Positions 29,968 to 39,914 of a stretch of 64,000 bases of DNA are shown one piece after another (the first letter of the stretch is position 1; every line of letters starts with the position of its first letter). The stretch comes from an uncultured Clostridia bacterium (GTDB taxonomy: Bacteria > Bacillota > Clostridia > TANB77 > CAG-508). Where the stretch lies: positions 6,589-70,588 of the forward strand of contig CAKOPZ010000003.1 of the NCBI GenBank assembly GCA_934101145.1. The letters run 5' to 3'. The notes under the pieces were generated by a model, which was not told where the DNA came from, did no database searches, and was given only the letters and a program-made list of their open reading frames with translations. The translations under genes and the position numbers were made by a program.

Positions 29968-32175
29968 TCAATTTTTATTCTTTCTCAATCTCAAAGCATT
30001 TAAGATAACCGTAAAACTACTAAATACCATTGCTAGGCTTGCAATCATTGGATTTATTGAAATTCCAAAAGGTTTTAATAATCCTATCGCAACAGGTATC
30101 ATCAAACAATTGTAGAAAAATGCCCAGAATAGATTCTGTTTTATGTTTTTAATTGTTCTTTCACTAATTTTAATCAATTTTAGTATTGAATTTAAGTCAT
30201 TTTTAGTTAAAATAACATCACTTGAATCCATAGCAATATCAGTTCCACTTTTTACACTTACACCAACATCTGCATTGGCTAGTGCTGGACTGTCATTTAT
30301 TCCATCCCCACACATCATAACTCTATTTCTATCTTCTTTTAGTTTCTTTATTGTTTCTGATTTTTGAGATGGTAAAACATTCGAAATAACTTTAGTTATT
30401 CCAAGTTCTTTGCCTATCTTCTCTGCCGTTTCTTTGTTGTCCCCTGTTAGCATTATAGTTTTAATATTATGCTTTTCTAGTCTGCTTATAACATCTTTTG
30501 CATTTTTTCTTACAATATCATTTACTCCTATCAATGCTAAAATTTCATTTTCATTTGCAATATAAACAATGCTATTTCCGTTAAGTGCTAATATTTTTTC
30601 ATCTTCCAAATGATTATTTTCAATAGCAAATTTTTCTATTATTTTTCTATTTCCTAATATTATCTTTTTATTATCAACTTCTCCAATTAATCCATATCCT
30701 GCAATATTTTCAATATTTTTTACTTCTAATTTCAAAATTTTATTTTCCTGCATATATTCTACAAAGGCTTTTCCTATTGGGTGAGTAGATTTTTCTTCAA
30801 TACTTCCAGCAAGTCCCATTAGTTCTTTTTCTGACAATTTACTATAATTATATATTTGTGAAATTCTTAATTTTCCATAAGTTAATGTTCCTGTTTTATC
30901 AAATACTACAGTATTAATTTTTGAAGCATTTTCTAATATTTCACTCTTTTTTACAAGTATTCCATTACTTGCACATACCCCTTCGCTTATAACTATCGCA
31001 AGTGGTGTTGCAAGGCCTAAACTACAAGGACAAGCAACTACTAATACCGTAACAAATGTGCTTAATGCTGTTACAAAATCATACCCTAAAATCAAATACA
31101 TTACAAAACTAATTATTGCTATTATAATAACTACTGGAACAAAATATCCTGAAATTTTATCAGCAATTTTTGCTATAGGAGCCTTTGTATTACTTGCTTC
31201 TACAACTAATTTTACTATTTCTGATACCGTCGATTCTTTTCCAATTTTTTCAGCCTTATATTTTATAAAGCCATCATAATTCAGACTTCCCGCTATTACT
31301 TTATCTCCAAGATTTTTGCTTACTGGTTTACTTTCTCCTGTAATAAATGATTCGTCCAAATGAGTGCTTCCTTCTATAATTTCGCCGTCTACTGCAATTT
31401 TGTCTCCTGCCTTTGAAATTACAATATCACCTTTTTTTATTTCGTCAAGAGTTACTTCTTTTTGAATTCCATCTACTTCAATTATTGCTTTATTTGGAGT
31501 AATTTCAACCAATTTTTTTATTGCATCTTTTGTTTTATCTTTGCTTATTCCATCAATATATCTTCCAAGTTTAACAAAATAAATAACTATTGCTGCTGAT
31601 TCAAAATATAAATTCATCGTATAATGCATATGTCCTTTTATAATCATATACATGCTATATAAGCTATAAACAAAACTACTTGCAACTCCAATTGTAACAA
31701 GTGTATCCATATTGGGTATTTTATGAATTAAGTTTTTATAACCATTTTTTAAAATATCATATCCATATCCAAAGAATGCTATCGTCAAAATCAATAAACA
31801 AGTAGCATAATTTATAGGGTTATGTTCTGCTCTTAAAAAGCTTAAAGTTGGCAATCCAATCATGTGCCCCATAGATATATACATAGTAACTATTGCTAAA
31901 ATTGTAAAAATAATAAATTGTATTTTTTCTTTTCTATTATTCTTTTCTACATTGAACTCTTTAAAAATTCCTAAACTTTTAAAACCTGCTTGTTTTATAT
32001 ATTTTTCTATTTTTTCTTGATTTAAAATTTGTTCATCATATGTTATTGTAGCATTTGCCATCACAAGATTTACACTTGCATTATATATTCCATTTTGTTT
32101 ATTTAAGTATTTTTCTAATCCATTTGAACAAGCACTACAAGTCATTCCATCAATCGCAAGTATTATACTTTTCAT
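29968..32175 (-). CDS. copA: Copper-translocating P1B-type ATPase
   Basis: N-terminal GMTCSACS metal-binding domain, a CPC membrane motif, DKTGTLT and GDGINDSPAL. Confidence 0.9.
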   Translation of the reverse strand: MKSIILAIDGMTCSACSNGLEKYLNKQNGIYNASVNLVMANATITYDEQILNQEKIEKYIKQAGFKSLGIFKEFNVEKNNRKEKIQFIIFTILAIVTMYISMGHMIGLPTLSFLRAEHNPINYATCLLILTIAFFGYGYDILKNGYKNLIHKIPNMDTLVTIGVASSFVYSLYSMYMIIKGHMHYTMNLYFESAAIVIYFVKLGRYIDGISKDKTKDAIKKLVEITPNKAIIEVDGIQKEVTLDEIKKGDIVISKAGDKIAVDGEIIEGSTHLDESFITGESKPVSKNLGDKVIAGSLNYDGFIKYKAEKIGKESTVSEIVKLVVEASNTKAPIAKIADKISGYFVPVVIIIAIISFVMYLILGYDFVTALSTFVTVLVVACPCSLGLATPLAIVISEGVCASNGILVKKSEILENASKINTVVFDKTGTLTYGKLRISQIYNYSKLSEKELMGLAGSIEEKSTHPIGKAFVEYMQENKILKLEVKNIENIAGYGLIGEVDNKKIILGNRKIIEKFAIENNHLEDEKILALNGNSIVYIANENEILALIGVNDIVRKNAKDVISRLEKHNIKTIMLTGDNKETAEKIGKELGITKVISNVLPSQKSETIKKLKEDRNRVMMCGDGINDSPALANADVGVSVKSGTDIAMDSSDVILTKNDLNSILKLIKISERTIKNIKQNLFWAFFYNCLMIPVAIGLLKPFGISINPMIASLAMVFSSFTVILNALRLRKNKN

Positions 32176-32176
32176 A

Positions 32177-32389
32177 TTATTGTTCCTCTATAATTTCAAA
32201 TCCAAGATCTGTAATTCTTTCTTTGATTTGAGCAACATCCAAATCATTTTCTGATTTTATTGTTACCATTCCAGTATTATGATCTGCATCTACACTTTCT
32301 ATACCAGCAATTTCTGATAGAGCTGTTTTAACTCTATTTTCACATCCTCCGCAAACCATTCCATTGATTTTAATTCTTAATTCTTTCAT
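32177..32389 (-). CDS. copZ: Copper chaperone
   Basis: 70 aa with a GMVCGGCENRV heavy-metal-associated motif. Lies directly upstream of copA. Confidence 0.85.
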   Translation of the reverse strand: MKELRIKINGMVCGGCENRVKTALSEIAGIESVDADHNTGMVTIKSENDLDVAQIKERITDLGFEIIEEQ

Positions 32390-32410
32390 TCACTTATCCA
32401 CCTCCGAGCA

Positions 32411-32455
32411 TTATTATATACCCCTAACGGGTATTTTGTAAATAGAGGGGTATAG
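32411..32455 (-). promoter_or_regulatory. copZA promoter with a CsoR-type operator
   Basis: The palindrome ATACCCCTAACGGGTAT (32418-32434) sits between a TTTACA -35 and a TATAAT -10 on the minus strand. A second GAGGGGTAT half-site lies at 32445-32453. Confidence 0.6.
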
Positions 32456-32527
32456 TCAATTTTTTGCCTAAATATAGCAGTTTTCAAAAGTATAAAAAAT
32501 AGTATTACTTTTATCTGCTTTTAATTT

Positions 32528-33535
32528 TTATATTATATCATCTAAAAATTCAAATATATTTTTATAATATGTATCTGGTTCTTTATATCTTGATTCAGTA
32601 TGTCCAGCACCATGTATTATAAGTTTATTTTTCTTACAATTAGCAACTTCATATAATTGTTCACACATGTATTCAGGAACAAAATCATCACTATCTCCAT
32701 GAATAAATAATATTGGAGTCGTTGCTTTTTTCACTTGCTCTAATGCAGATGCTTCTTTAATATCATATTTTGCTCTATAATTTGCAACAACTTCAAACAT
32801 ATTCAATACTGGAAAAGCCGGTAAGTTAAATCTAGCCTTAGCCTCTGATGCAAATATATCCCATACTGATGTATATCCACTATCTTCTATTATTGCTTTA
32901 ACATTGTTTGGAAGTTCATCTCCTGATGCCATCAATACTGTTGCAGCACCCATTGAAGAACCATGTAATACAATGTTAGCATTATTATTTTGCTTTATTA
33001 TTAAATCTATCCAACATTTTAAGTCATCTTTATCTAACCATCCCATCCCTATATATTCGCCTTCACTTTCACCAGTCGCTCTCATATATGGAATTAATAC
33101 ATTGTATCCTTTGTCTGAAAAGTGTCTTCCTACTGAAATTACTGACTCTGGATTTGAACGATAGCCATGTAAGACAATTACCCAGTTATTAATTTGTTCA
33201 TCTTTTATATACTCTGTTCCTTTTAAAGCAATTCCATCTTTTGCAGTAACTTCAACTTTTTCATTTTTTATTGTGCTTGTCCATTGACTGGCAAGTTGAT
33301 TTTCTTCTTTTCTGTTTTCTTCTATAATTTTTGCTGTTTCATTATCAATACTTGCAGCTTCTATTGCTTCTGTATTTTTTACTTCTCTATCTCCACCACT
33401 TCCTGTCCTTAATATCGCATAATTGACAAAATAGTTTCCTATTCCTATAGTTGCTAATATGATGATTATAACCAGCATTACTATTGCAATGAATATCTTT
33501 TTTATAATACTTATCCTTTTATTTTTCTTTTCCAT
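32528..33535 (-). CDS. Membrane-anchored alpha/beta hydrolase
   Basis: N-terminal TM helix, GSSMGAAT nucleophile elbow, and HGDSDDFVP and GAGHTES triad elements. Confidence 0.8.
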   Translation of the reverse strand: MEKKNKRISIIKKIFIAIVMLVIIIILATIGIGNYFVNYAILRTGSGGDREVKNTEAIEAASIDNETAKIIEENRKEENQLASQWTSTIKNEKVEVTAKDGIALKGTEYIKDEQINNWVIVLHGYRSNPESVISVGRHFSDKGYNVLIPYMRATGESEGEYIGMGWLDKDDLKCWIDLIIKQNNNANIVLHGSSMGAATVLMASGDELPNNVKAIIEDSGYTSVWDIFASEAKARFNLPAFPVLNMFEVVANYRAKYDIKEASALEQVKKATTPILFIHGDSDDFVPEYMCEQLYEVANCKKNKLIIHGAGHTESRYKEPDTYYKNIFEFLDDII

Positions 33536-33654
33536 GATTAACTCCTTGTATATTTTTTGTATATTGTATCATAAAGATTGTATAATTGTATAAAGCTGAC
33601 CCTCTAGTACAAAAAGCAGTACATTAAAACTGCTTTTTCATATAATCAATAATT

Positions 33655-34107
33655 TTATTTGTTATTTATTTCTTTTAATAAATCTCTAATCTCTTCTAAT
33701 AAAACAATTTGTTCATCTTTTTTAACTTCTTCTACTTTTTCTTCCTTTTCTTCTTTCTTTTTAGTTAATCTCTCTATTACTTTGATAAAGAAGAATATAC
33801 ATATTGCAACAATTAAAAAATCAATTACATTTTGAATAAACATTCCATAGTTAACTGTTGCACTTCCAATTTTTAAACTTAATCCTGAAAAATCAATTCC
33901 ACCAATTATTATACCAATTATCGGCATCAAAATATCATTTACAATTGATGTTACAATCTTTCCAAATGCTGAACCTATAACAACACCAACAGCCAAATCT
34001 ATTACATTTCCTCTAGCTATAAAATCTTTAAATTCTCCAAATACTTTACTTCCTTCTTTTATTATTTCATCTTTTCTTATATTTTTCTTTTTCATTTTTT
34101 CCTCCAT
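33655..34107 (-). CDS. mscL: Large-conductance mechanosensitive channel
   Basis: [27 protein letters not shown] signature, with a charged C-terminal extension. Confidence 0.9.
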   Translation of the reverse strand: MEEKMKKKNIRKDEIIKEGSKVFGEFKDFIARGNVIDLAVGVVIGSAFGKIVTSIVNDILMPIIGIIIGGIDFSGLSLKIGSATVNYGMFIQNVIDFLIVAICIFFFIKVIERLTKKKEEKEEKVEEVKKDEQIVLLEEIRDLLKEINNK

Positions 34108-34746
34108 CTATTTTTCAATTATAAATTTCTTAACTGTGCTTGTGTAAATCACTAAATATGATATTGATATTAAAAAACCTCCAAGTACATCACTTGTATA
34201 ATGTACTCCTAAATAAATTCTACTTACTCCAATAGTACATATTAATACACTAAGTAGTATAATCAAACTCCATTTAATATATTTATTTTTAACAAATTTA
34301 TATATTAAATATATCAAATATCCATAAAAGGCCATACTAACCATAGAATGTCCAGACGGAAAACTATATCCAGTTTCTTCAATTATTCTAAATTCTGTTG
34401 GTCGTGGTCTTTGCAATATTCCCTTTAATAGTTGATTTAATATAGTTACAATAACTAAATTTGAAAAAATCGATGCACCAATTTTTTTATTTTTTATACA
34501 TACAAATAGTATAATAGTTAATCCTATTAAAAATATTGCTCCTCCAAAATTAGTAATAAATTTTGCAATAGGTGTTGCAAAATCTGATATTAAAAATGTT
34601 GAAACCATCTTATATCCAATTATATCTCCGTTCATTATTTCCTTATTAAATACATCTTCAGCAATTGCTAAAAATCCTATTAAACAAACAAATAATATAA
34701 TCCATTTTAAATTTTTTTCTATAAATTCCTTTATATTTTCTTTCAT
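34108..34746 (-). CDS. PAP2-family lipid phosphatase
   Basis: Motifs KGILQRPRP, PSGHS and SRIYLGVHYTSD. Confidence 0.85.
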   Translation of the reverse strand: MKENIKEFIEKNLKWIILFVCLIGFLAIAEDVFNKEIMNGDIIGYKMVSTFLISDFATPIAKFITNFGGAIFLIGLTIILFVCIKNKKIGASIFSNLVIVTILNQLLKGILQRPRPTEFRIIEETGYSFPSGHSMVSMAFYGYLIYLIYKFVKNKYIKWSLIILLSVLICTIGVSRIYLGVHYTSDVLGGFLISISYLVIYTSTVKKFIIEK

Positions 34747-34794
34747 CTTATACCTCTTCTAAGCAATTTTTTCAAAATAACAATTTGCATAACA

Positions 34795-35346
34795 TTAAGA
34801 TTTTACTTCTTTCTTATACATAAAACAATCTTTTTCATGTGAATATATAACACCTATTGCTTGCAAATATGAATATACAATTGTTGTGCCAACAAATTTC
34901 ATTCCCATTTTCCTCAAATCTTTCGAAATAAAATCTGACAAATTAGAACTTACTTTTCCAACTTCATAAATCACCTTATTGTCTGTAAACATCCATATGT
35001 AATTAGAAAAAGTTCCAAATTCTTTTTGTATTTCTTTAAATACCTTACTATTATTTATTGCTGCATTAATTTTTAATTTATTTCTTATAATTTTCTCATT
35101 TTGCAGTAATTCATGAATCTTTTTTTCATCATAATTGCACACTTTATCTATTTCAAAATCATCAAATGCCTTTTTAAAATCTTCTCTCTTATTTAAAACA
35201 CATTCCCATGATAACCCTGCCTGAAAAGATTCTAATATCAACATTTCATATAAATACTTATCATCATAACTTGCAATACCCCATTCTTTGTCATGGTACT
35301 CTATGTATTTTTCATTTTTTAAATTACACCAATTGCACCTTCTCAT
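34795..35346 (-). CDS. tag: DNA-3-methyladenine glycosylase I
   Basis: Starts RCNWC...YHDKEWG and has the Tag family size. Confidence 0.9.
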   Translation of the reverse strand: MRRCNWCNLKNEKYIEYHDKEWGIASYDDKYLYEMLILESFQAGLSWECVLNKREDFKKAFDDFEIDKVCNYDEKKIHELLQNEKIIRNKLKINAAINNSKVFKEIQKEFGTFSNYIWMFTDNKVIYEVGKVSSNLSDFISKDLRKMGMKFVGTTIVYSYLQAIGVIYSHEKDCFMYKKEVKS

Positions 35347-35459
35347 AACGCGGTCCCTCTCTTTGGAATAAAAAATTTATCCATGTCATTTTATTGTTAT
35401 TCCTTTCACTTGAAATATTTTCACATATTCGTTATATCATAAAAGAATATAATTATCAA

Positions 35460-35822
35460 CTAATTCGCCATCTCTCTTTTTATCCATTCCATTATCACAT
35501 TTGCAATATAATCTATCTCTTCTTCTGAAAGTTTATGTCCTTTCCTGATTCCATGAATTCTTTCCAAACACCCTCTGCAACAACATCCCGTTGCATGCTG
35601 TGCAATAAAAACTGGATGTACTTGTCTCATCGGTGTTTGCTTTCCATCGTTTTTTGGATATGCATCTGAAATTCTTTTTATTATCAAATCTTTTGCATCT
35701 GATTTAATTTTGTCTAATCCTTTTTCTTTGATATATTCCTTCATATTTCTATTTAAATGAAATGAACCTCTAAATTTACTCTTTTCTAAAGAATCTAATA
35801 ATTCTGCAATATCTTTTTTCAT
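35460..35822 (-). CDS. DUF4186-family protein
   Basis: 120 aa with the Cys-rich motif HATGCCCRGCLERIHGI. Confidence 0.65.
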   Translation of the reverse strand: MKKDIAELLDSLEKSKFRGSFHLNRNMKEYIKEKGLDKIKSDAKDLIIKRISDAYPKNDGKQTPMRQVHPVFIAQHATGCCCRGCLERIHGIRKGHKLSEEEIDYIANVIMEWIKREMAN

Positions 35823-35834
35823 CTTTACTCCTCT

Positions 35835-36242
35835 TTAAATTATTGTAATATCAATAATATCTTCAATTAAAATTTCTGTTTTATCTTCTAAAATAATTGA
35901 ATTATCATTTACCTTTTTTACAATTCCTTTTACCGTTACATACTTTCCACCATTCTTTTTTTCATCAGGTATAAAATATGTAAAAGATACAGTTAATCTT
36001 TCTGATAATTTGTTTTTTATTTTCATTATCTCTTCATTTAATATTTCTTTTAATTCATCATCTATTTCAATTTTTTCGTTTGTAAGCCTACCAGTCTCAT
36101 TTATTACATCACCATATCCTGTTAAAGCTGCAAAAGGAGCAAATTGAGCTGATCTTGCTTCAAGTGACATCTGAGGATGCGTTTTAGATACATGATGTGG
36201 CATATTTATTATATCATCATATTTATCAGTACTACTAAACAT
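35835..36242 (-). CDS. YolD-like accessory protein of the Y-family polymerase
   Basis: 135 aa, immediately downstream of the Y-family polymerase as in B. subtilis uvrX-yolD and yqjW-yqjX. Assigned by context and size. Confidence 0.5.
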   Translation of the reverse strand: MFSSTDKYDDIINMPHHVSKTHPQMSLEARSAQFAPFAALTGYGDVINETGRLTNEKIEIDDELKEILNEEIMKIKNKLSERLTVSFTYFIPDEKKNGGKYVTVKGIVKKVNDNSIILEDKTEILIEDIIDITII

Positions 36243-36254
36243 ATCTACTCCTTT

Positions 36255-37751
36255 CTATTCTCTATGGCCTCCTATCTGGCCATTTCTTTCAATTGTAGTT
36301 CCTTCTTTTTGCAAATTCATACCTTTTACAATTGCATTTTTTCCATATTTTTGTTTTATATCTATCATTGCTTTTTGAATTCTTAATTCGTCCGCTTCTT
36401 TTTTTCTATTCTTACTTACCTCTTCATAATTTGTAAATAAATCTATTTGTTCATAAGACTTTTCTTTTTCATTTGCAATATTTGTAACATTATTTGCTGT
36501 AATATTCAATCTTCTAACCAATAAGTCTTTATTTATAATTCTTTCGTATAGATTTACAGTCGCCTCCATAATAATCTTTGTAGAAGAGGTTTTATGATCT
36601 ATATTAATTGTTCCATGAGCATGTTTTGGAACTTTTCTTCCATACCTATCTGTTGTAACTTCTCCATTATACTTTCCTTTAATTTCTGGATTAGTTAAAT
36701 TATCAATATCATACCCAATTTCTAATACAATTTGATTTGTAACTAAATTTTTCTTAACTAAGTCCAGTGATAAAAGTTCTGTCATTTCTTTTACAATGAG
36801 TCTAGTATTTTCATAGTTATATGGGCAATGCAAAACCTGACCTGAACAAATACTATTTGTAGTTGGTTTGTATGCCTTTATACTATCTATTGTTACACAT
36901 TCCCATCCCCAGCTGTGATCTATTAAAAGCTCTGCATTAACTCCAAATAATTTGTATAGCAATTCCTCATTATAGATTGATGTTTTTGCTACATCTCCCA
37001 TTGTGTATATGCGGTGTTGTTCCAATTTATTTGCATAGCCCTTTCCAACTCTCCAAAAATCTGTAATAGGTCTATGATTCCATAAAAGCTTTCTATAACT
37101 CATTTCATCAAGTCCAGCAATTCTTACTCCATTTTTATCTGGTTTCACATGTTTTGCAACTATATCCATTGCAACCTTGCATAAATACATATTCGTTCCT
37201 ATTCCGGCAGTTGCAGTTATTCCAGTTGTTTCATATACATCTTGAATAACTTTTGTTACAAGTTTTCTTGCAGTCATATTATATGTTTTTAAATAATGTG
37301 TAACATCGCAAAAAACTTCATCTATTGAATATACATAAATATCTTCTGGTGCAAAATATTTCAAATATACATTATAAATTTGTGTACTATATTGCATATA
37401 ATATGCCATCCTTGGTGGTGCAGCAATATAGTCAAGTTGTAGACTTGAATTTTTATTTAATTCTAACTCATTTATTGATTTACCTGTAAATATATGTCCA
37501 GGAGCCCTTCTCTTTCTATCTGCATTTATCTCTTTTACCTTTTGAACTACTTCAAATAATCTAGCTCTTCCAGGTATTCCATACTTTTTTAGTGCAGGAC
37601 TTACTGCAAGGCATATCGTTTTTTCTGTTCTACTACTATCTGCAACAACTAAGTTCGTAGTAAGTGGATCAAGTCCTCTTTCTCTACACTCTACAGATGC
37701 ATAAAAACTTTTTAAATCTATAGAAACATATATTTTTTGTTCTTCCTGCAT
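36255..37751 (-). CDS. Y-family (UmuC/UvrX-like) translesion DNA polymerase
   Basis: Motifs IDLKSFYASVEC and YSIDEVFCDV. Length 498 aa. Confidence 0.9.
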   Translation of the reverse strand: MQEEQKIYVSIDLKSFYASVECRERGLDPLTTNLVVADSSRTEKTICLAVSPALKKYGIPGRARLFEVVQKVKEINADRKRRAPGHIFTGKSINELELNKNSSLQLDYIAAPPRMAYYMQYSTQIYNVYLKYFAPEDIYVYSIDEVFCDVTHYLKTYNMTARKLVTKVIQDVYETTGITATAGIGTNMYLCKVAMDIVAKHVKPDKNGVRIAGLDEMSYRKLLWNHRPITDFWRVGKGYANKLEQHRIYTMGDVAKTSIYNEELLYKLFGVNAELLIDHSWGWECVTIDSIKAYKPTTNSICSGQVLHCPYNYENTRLIVKEMTELLSLDLVKKNLVTNQIVLEIGYDIDNLTNPEIKGKYNGEVTTDRYGRKVPKHAHGTINIDHKTSSTKIIMEATVNLYERIINKDLLVRRLNITANNVTNIANEKEKSYEQIDLFTNYEEVSKNRKKEADELRIQKAMIDIKQKYGKNAIVKGMNLQKEGTTIERNGQIGGHRE

Positions 37752-37794
37752 TGTAAGTCTCCTTTCACTTTTTTGCCATTGTTATAACAATATT

Positions 37795-37823
37795 ATTATA
37801 TCATCCATATGCAAATTTGTAAA
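37795..37823 (-). promoter_or_regulatory. Promoter of the Y-family polymerase operon
   Basis: The minus strand reads TTTACA, a 17-nt spacer, then TATAAT. AAACATGTGTTT overlaps the -35. A perfect palindrome ATTGTTATAACAAT (37778-37791) lies just downstream of the -10. Confidence 0.5.
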
Positions 37824-37845
37824 CATGTGTTTGTATAATATTTTT

Positions 37846-37975
37846 GAACAAGGCAACTTTAGGTTGCCCTTTGTTCATAGCCGATTTGAGTTTCCGACTA
37901 AAAGGCGGAAAGCTCAAAGGCAATGGCGATTGTAGCCTTTAATATACTAGGAAATGAGAAATTTCCTAGTATATT
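37846..37975. repeat. Intergenic repeat family B, copy B1 (three-hairpin module)
   Basis: Three hairpins: gaacaaggcaac..gttgccctttgttc, tttgagtttccg..cggaaagctcaaa, and the perfect palindrome atatactaggaaat-gaga-atttcctagtatat. About nine-tenths identical to the reverse complement of 48384-48511. Confidence 0.8.
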
Positions 37976-37984
37976 AAAAAAGGA

Positions 37985-38016
37985 TGAAAATAGAGGCTAC
38001 TTTTTCAGTAGCCTCA
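37985..38016 (-). terminator. Terminator downstream of acpP
   Basis: On the minus strand, stem gaggctac/gtagcctc is followed by tattttcat. Confidence 0.6.
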
Positions 38017-38028
38017 TATTTTACTCCT

Positions 38029-38271
38029 TTATTTTTTACTATTCAAAATATATTCAACAACATCTTCAACTGTTGCAATCTTTTCAGCTTCACTATCTGG
38101 AATCTCCAAATCAAATTTTTCTTCTATATTCATCACAAGTTCTACTATATCAAGTGAATCCGCTGATAGATCATCTATAAAGCTTGCCTGCATTGTAATA
38201 TTCTCTTCATTTACTCCTAATTGTTCTACTATAATTTTCTTTAATTCCTCAAATATTTCTTCTTTATTCAT
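38029..38271 (-). CDS. acpP: Acyl carrier protein
   Basis: 80 aa with the DSLDIVELV phosphopantetheine-attachment motif. Confidence 0.9.
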   Translation of the reverse strand: MNKEEIFEELKKIIVEQLGVNEENITMQASFIDDLSADSLDIVELVMNIEEKFDLEIPDSEAEKIATVEDVVEYILNSKK

Positions 38272-38296
38272 AATTTTATATATCCTTTCTTATTTT

Positions 38297-39070
38297 TTAA
38301 ACTCCCATTATATTATACCCATTATCTGCATATATAACTTGACCAGTTATAGCCTCTGACATATTACTGCATAAAAATGTTGCAACATTTCCCACTTGCA
38401 TTATAGTAACATTTTTGTGTAATGGTGCTTTCTCCTCAACAACTGTAAGAATAGAAGAAAAATCTTTTATTCCTTTTGCAGATAATGTTTTTATAGGTCC
38501 TGCAGAAATTGCATTCACTCTTATTCCATCTTTTCCAAGATTATCTGCTAAATATCTTACTGATGATTCAAGTGCTGCTTTTGCAACTCCCATCACATTA
38601 TATCCATCTATAACCTTTTGCGAACCATAGTAAGAAAGTGTTACAAGGCTGGCATTTTTATTTAAAATGTCAAGTTCTTTAGCAATTCTTGAAACTAAAA
38701 CAAATGAATAACTACTTACATCAAGTGCATGTGCAAATCCTTCTCTACTTGTATTTATAAAGTCATTATTCAAATCTTCTGTATTTGCATGTGCTATTGA
38801 GTGAACAATTGCATCTATATTACCATTTTCTTGCTTTATTTTAGTAAATACCTCTTTTACATTTTCATCCTTTGATGCTTCATTTAGCACATATGCTTTG
38901 CTTCCTTCAAATTCTGAAATAAGTTCATCTATTTTTTCTTTATTTTTTTCTCCACAATATGTAAATATTAGATTTGCTCCATTTTCATATGCCGACTTTG
39001 CTATTCCATATGCAATACTCCATTTATTTCTAATTCCCATTATTAATATTTTCTTATTCTCAAGTAACAT
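38297..39070 (-). CDS. fabI: Enoyl-ACP reductase (NADH), FabI type
   Basis: SIAYGIA motif and Y-x6-K (YNVMGVAKAALE). Confidence 0.85.
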   Translation of the reverse strand: MLLENKKILIMGIRNKWSIAYGIAKSAYENGANLIFTYCGEKNKEKIDELISEFEGSKAYVLNEASKDENVKEVFTKIKQENGNIDAIVHSIAHANTEDLNNDFINTSREGFAHALDVSSYSFVLVSRIAKELDILNKNASLVTLSYYGSQKVIDGYNVMGVAKAALESSVRYLADNLGKDGIRVNAISAGPIKTLSAKGIKDFSSILTVVEEKAPLHKNVTIMQVGNVATFLCSNMSEAITGQVIYADNGYNIMGV

Positions 39071-39914
39071 TTTTACCTCCTTTTAATTTTTTAAATCCTT
39101 CAATTTTTCTAAATTTTTCATATCTTTTTGTAACCAATTCTTCTTTTGTTAATTTAGAAATATTTTCAACATCCTCTAAAATATTTCTTCTTATATCTTT
39201 AGCTATCTTTTCAAATCTTTGCTCATTAATTTCAGTCGAATCTTCTATTATTTTATCGATTATTTTCATATCATATAAATCTTTAGCTGTCAACTTCATC
39301 TTTTCTGCCGCTTCTTTACATCTACTCGAATCCTTCCATAAAATACTACTATATCCTTCTGGAGACAATATTGAATATATCGAATTTTCAAGCATGTATA
39401 TTTTATTTGTAACACCTATAGCAAGTGCTCCACCAGATGATCCCTCTCCAATTACAATTGATATTGTTGGAACTTTTAGCTTTGCCATTTCAAACATACT
39501 TTTTGCAATAGCTTCGCCTTGTCCTTTTTCTTCAGCTTCTACTCCTGGATATGCTCCTTTTGTATCTATAAATGTTATTACTGGTCTTTCAAACTTTTCA
39601 GCTTGCTTCATAAAACGTATAGCTTTTCTATAGCTTTCTGGATTTGGCATTCCAAAATTTCTTACAATATTTTCTTTTGTGTTTCTGCCTTTTTGCTGTG
39701 CTATTACTGTAAAATTTTTATTTTCTATTCTTGCAAGTCCACAGATTATTGCCTTATCATCTTTTGAAATTCTATCCCCATGTAATTCTACAAACTCATC
39801 AAAGATTTTATCTATGTACTCAATTGCCGTTTTTCTTTTAGGATTTCTTGCAATTTCAACTTTTTCCCATGCTGTTATATTATTACTTTTCATAGTATCT
39901 GCCTCCCTTGCCAA
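39060..39914 (-). CDS. accA: Acetyl-CoA carboxylase carboxyltransferase alpha subunit
   Basis: [10 protein letters not shown] motif. The true start is possibly MKSNN at 39893. Confidence 0.9.
   Translation of the reverse strand: MAREADTMKSNNITAWEKVEIARNPKRKTAIEYIDKIFDEFVELHGDRISKDDKAIICGLARIENKNFTVIAQQKGRNTKENIVRNFGMPNPESYRKAIRFMKQAEKFERPVITFIDTKGAYPGVEAEEKGQGEAIAKSMFEMAKLKVPTISIVIGEGSSGGALAIGVTNKIYMLENSIYSILSPEGYSSILWKDSSRCKEAAEKMKLTAKDLYDMKIIDKIIEDSTEINEQRFEKIAKDIRRNILEDVENISKLTKEELVTKRYEKFRKIEGFKKLKGGKNVT

Noticed and set aside
37923-38180. An 85-aa plus-strand ORF starting inside repeat B1 and running through the acpP terminator into acpP antisense.
   Set aside because: It starts within a non-coding repeat that has a second copy in a non-coding context. 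It overlaps acpP on the opposite strand and has no RBS.
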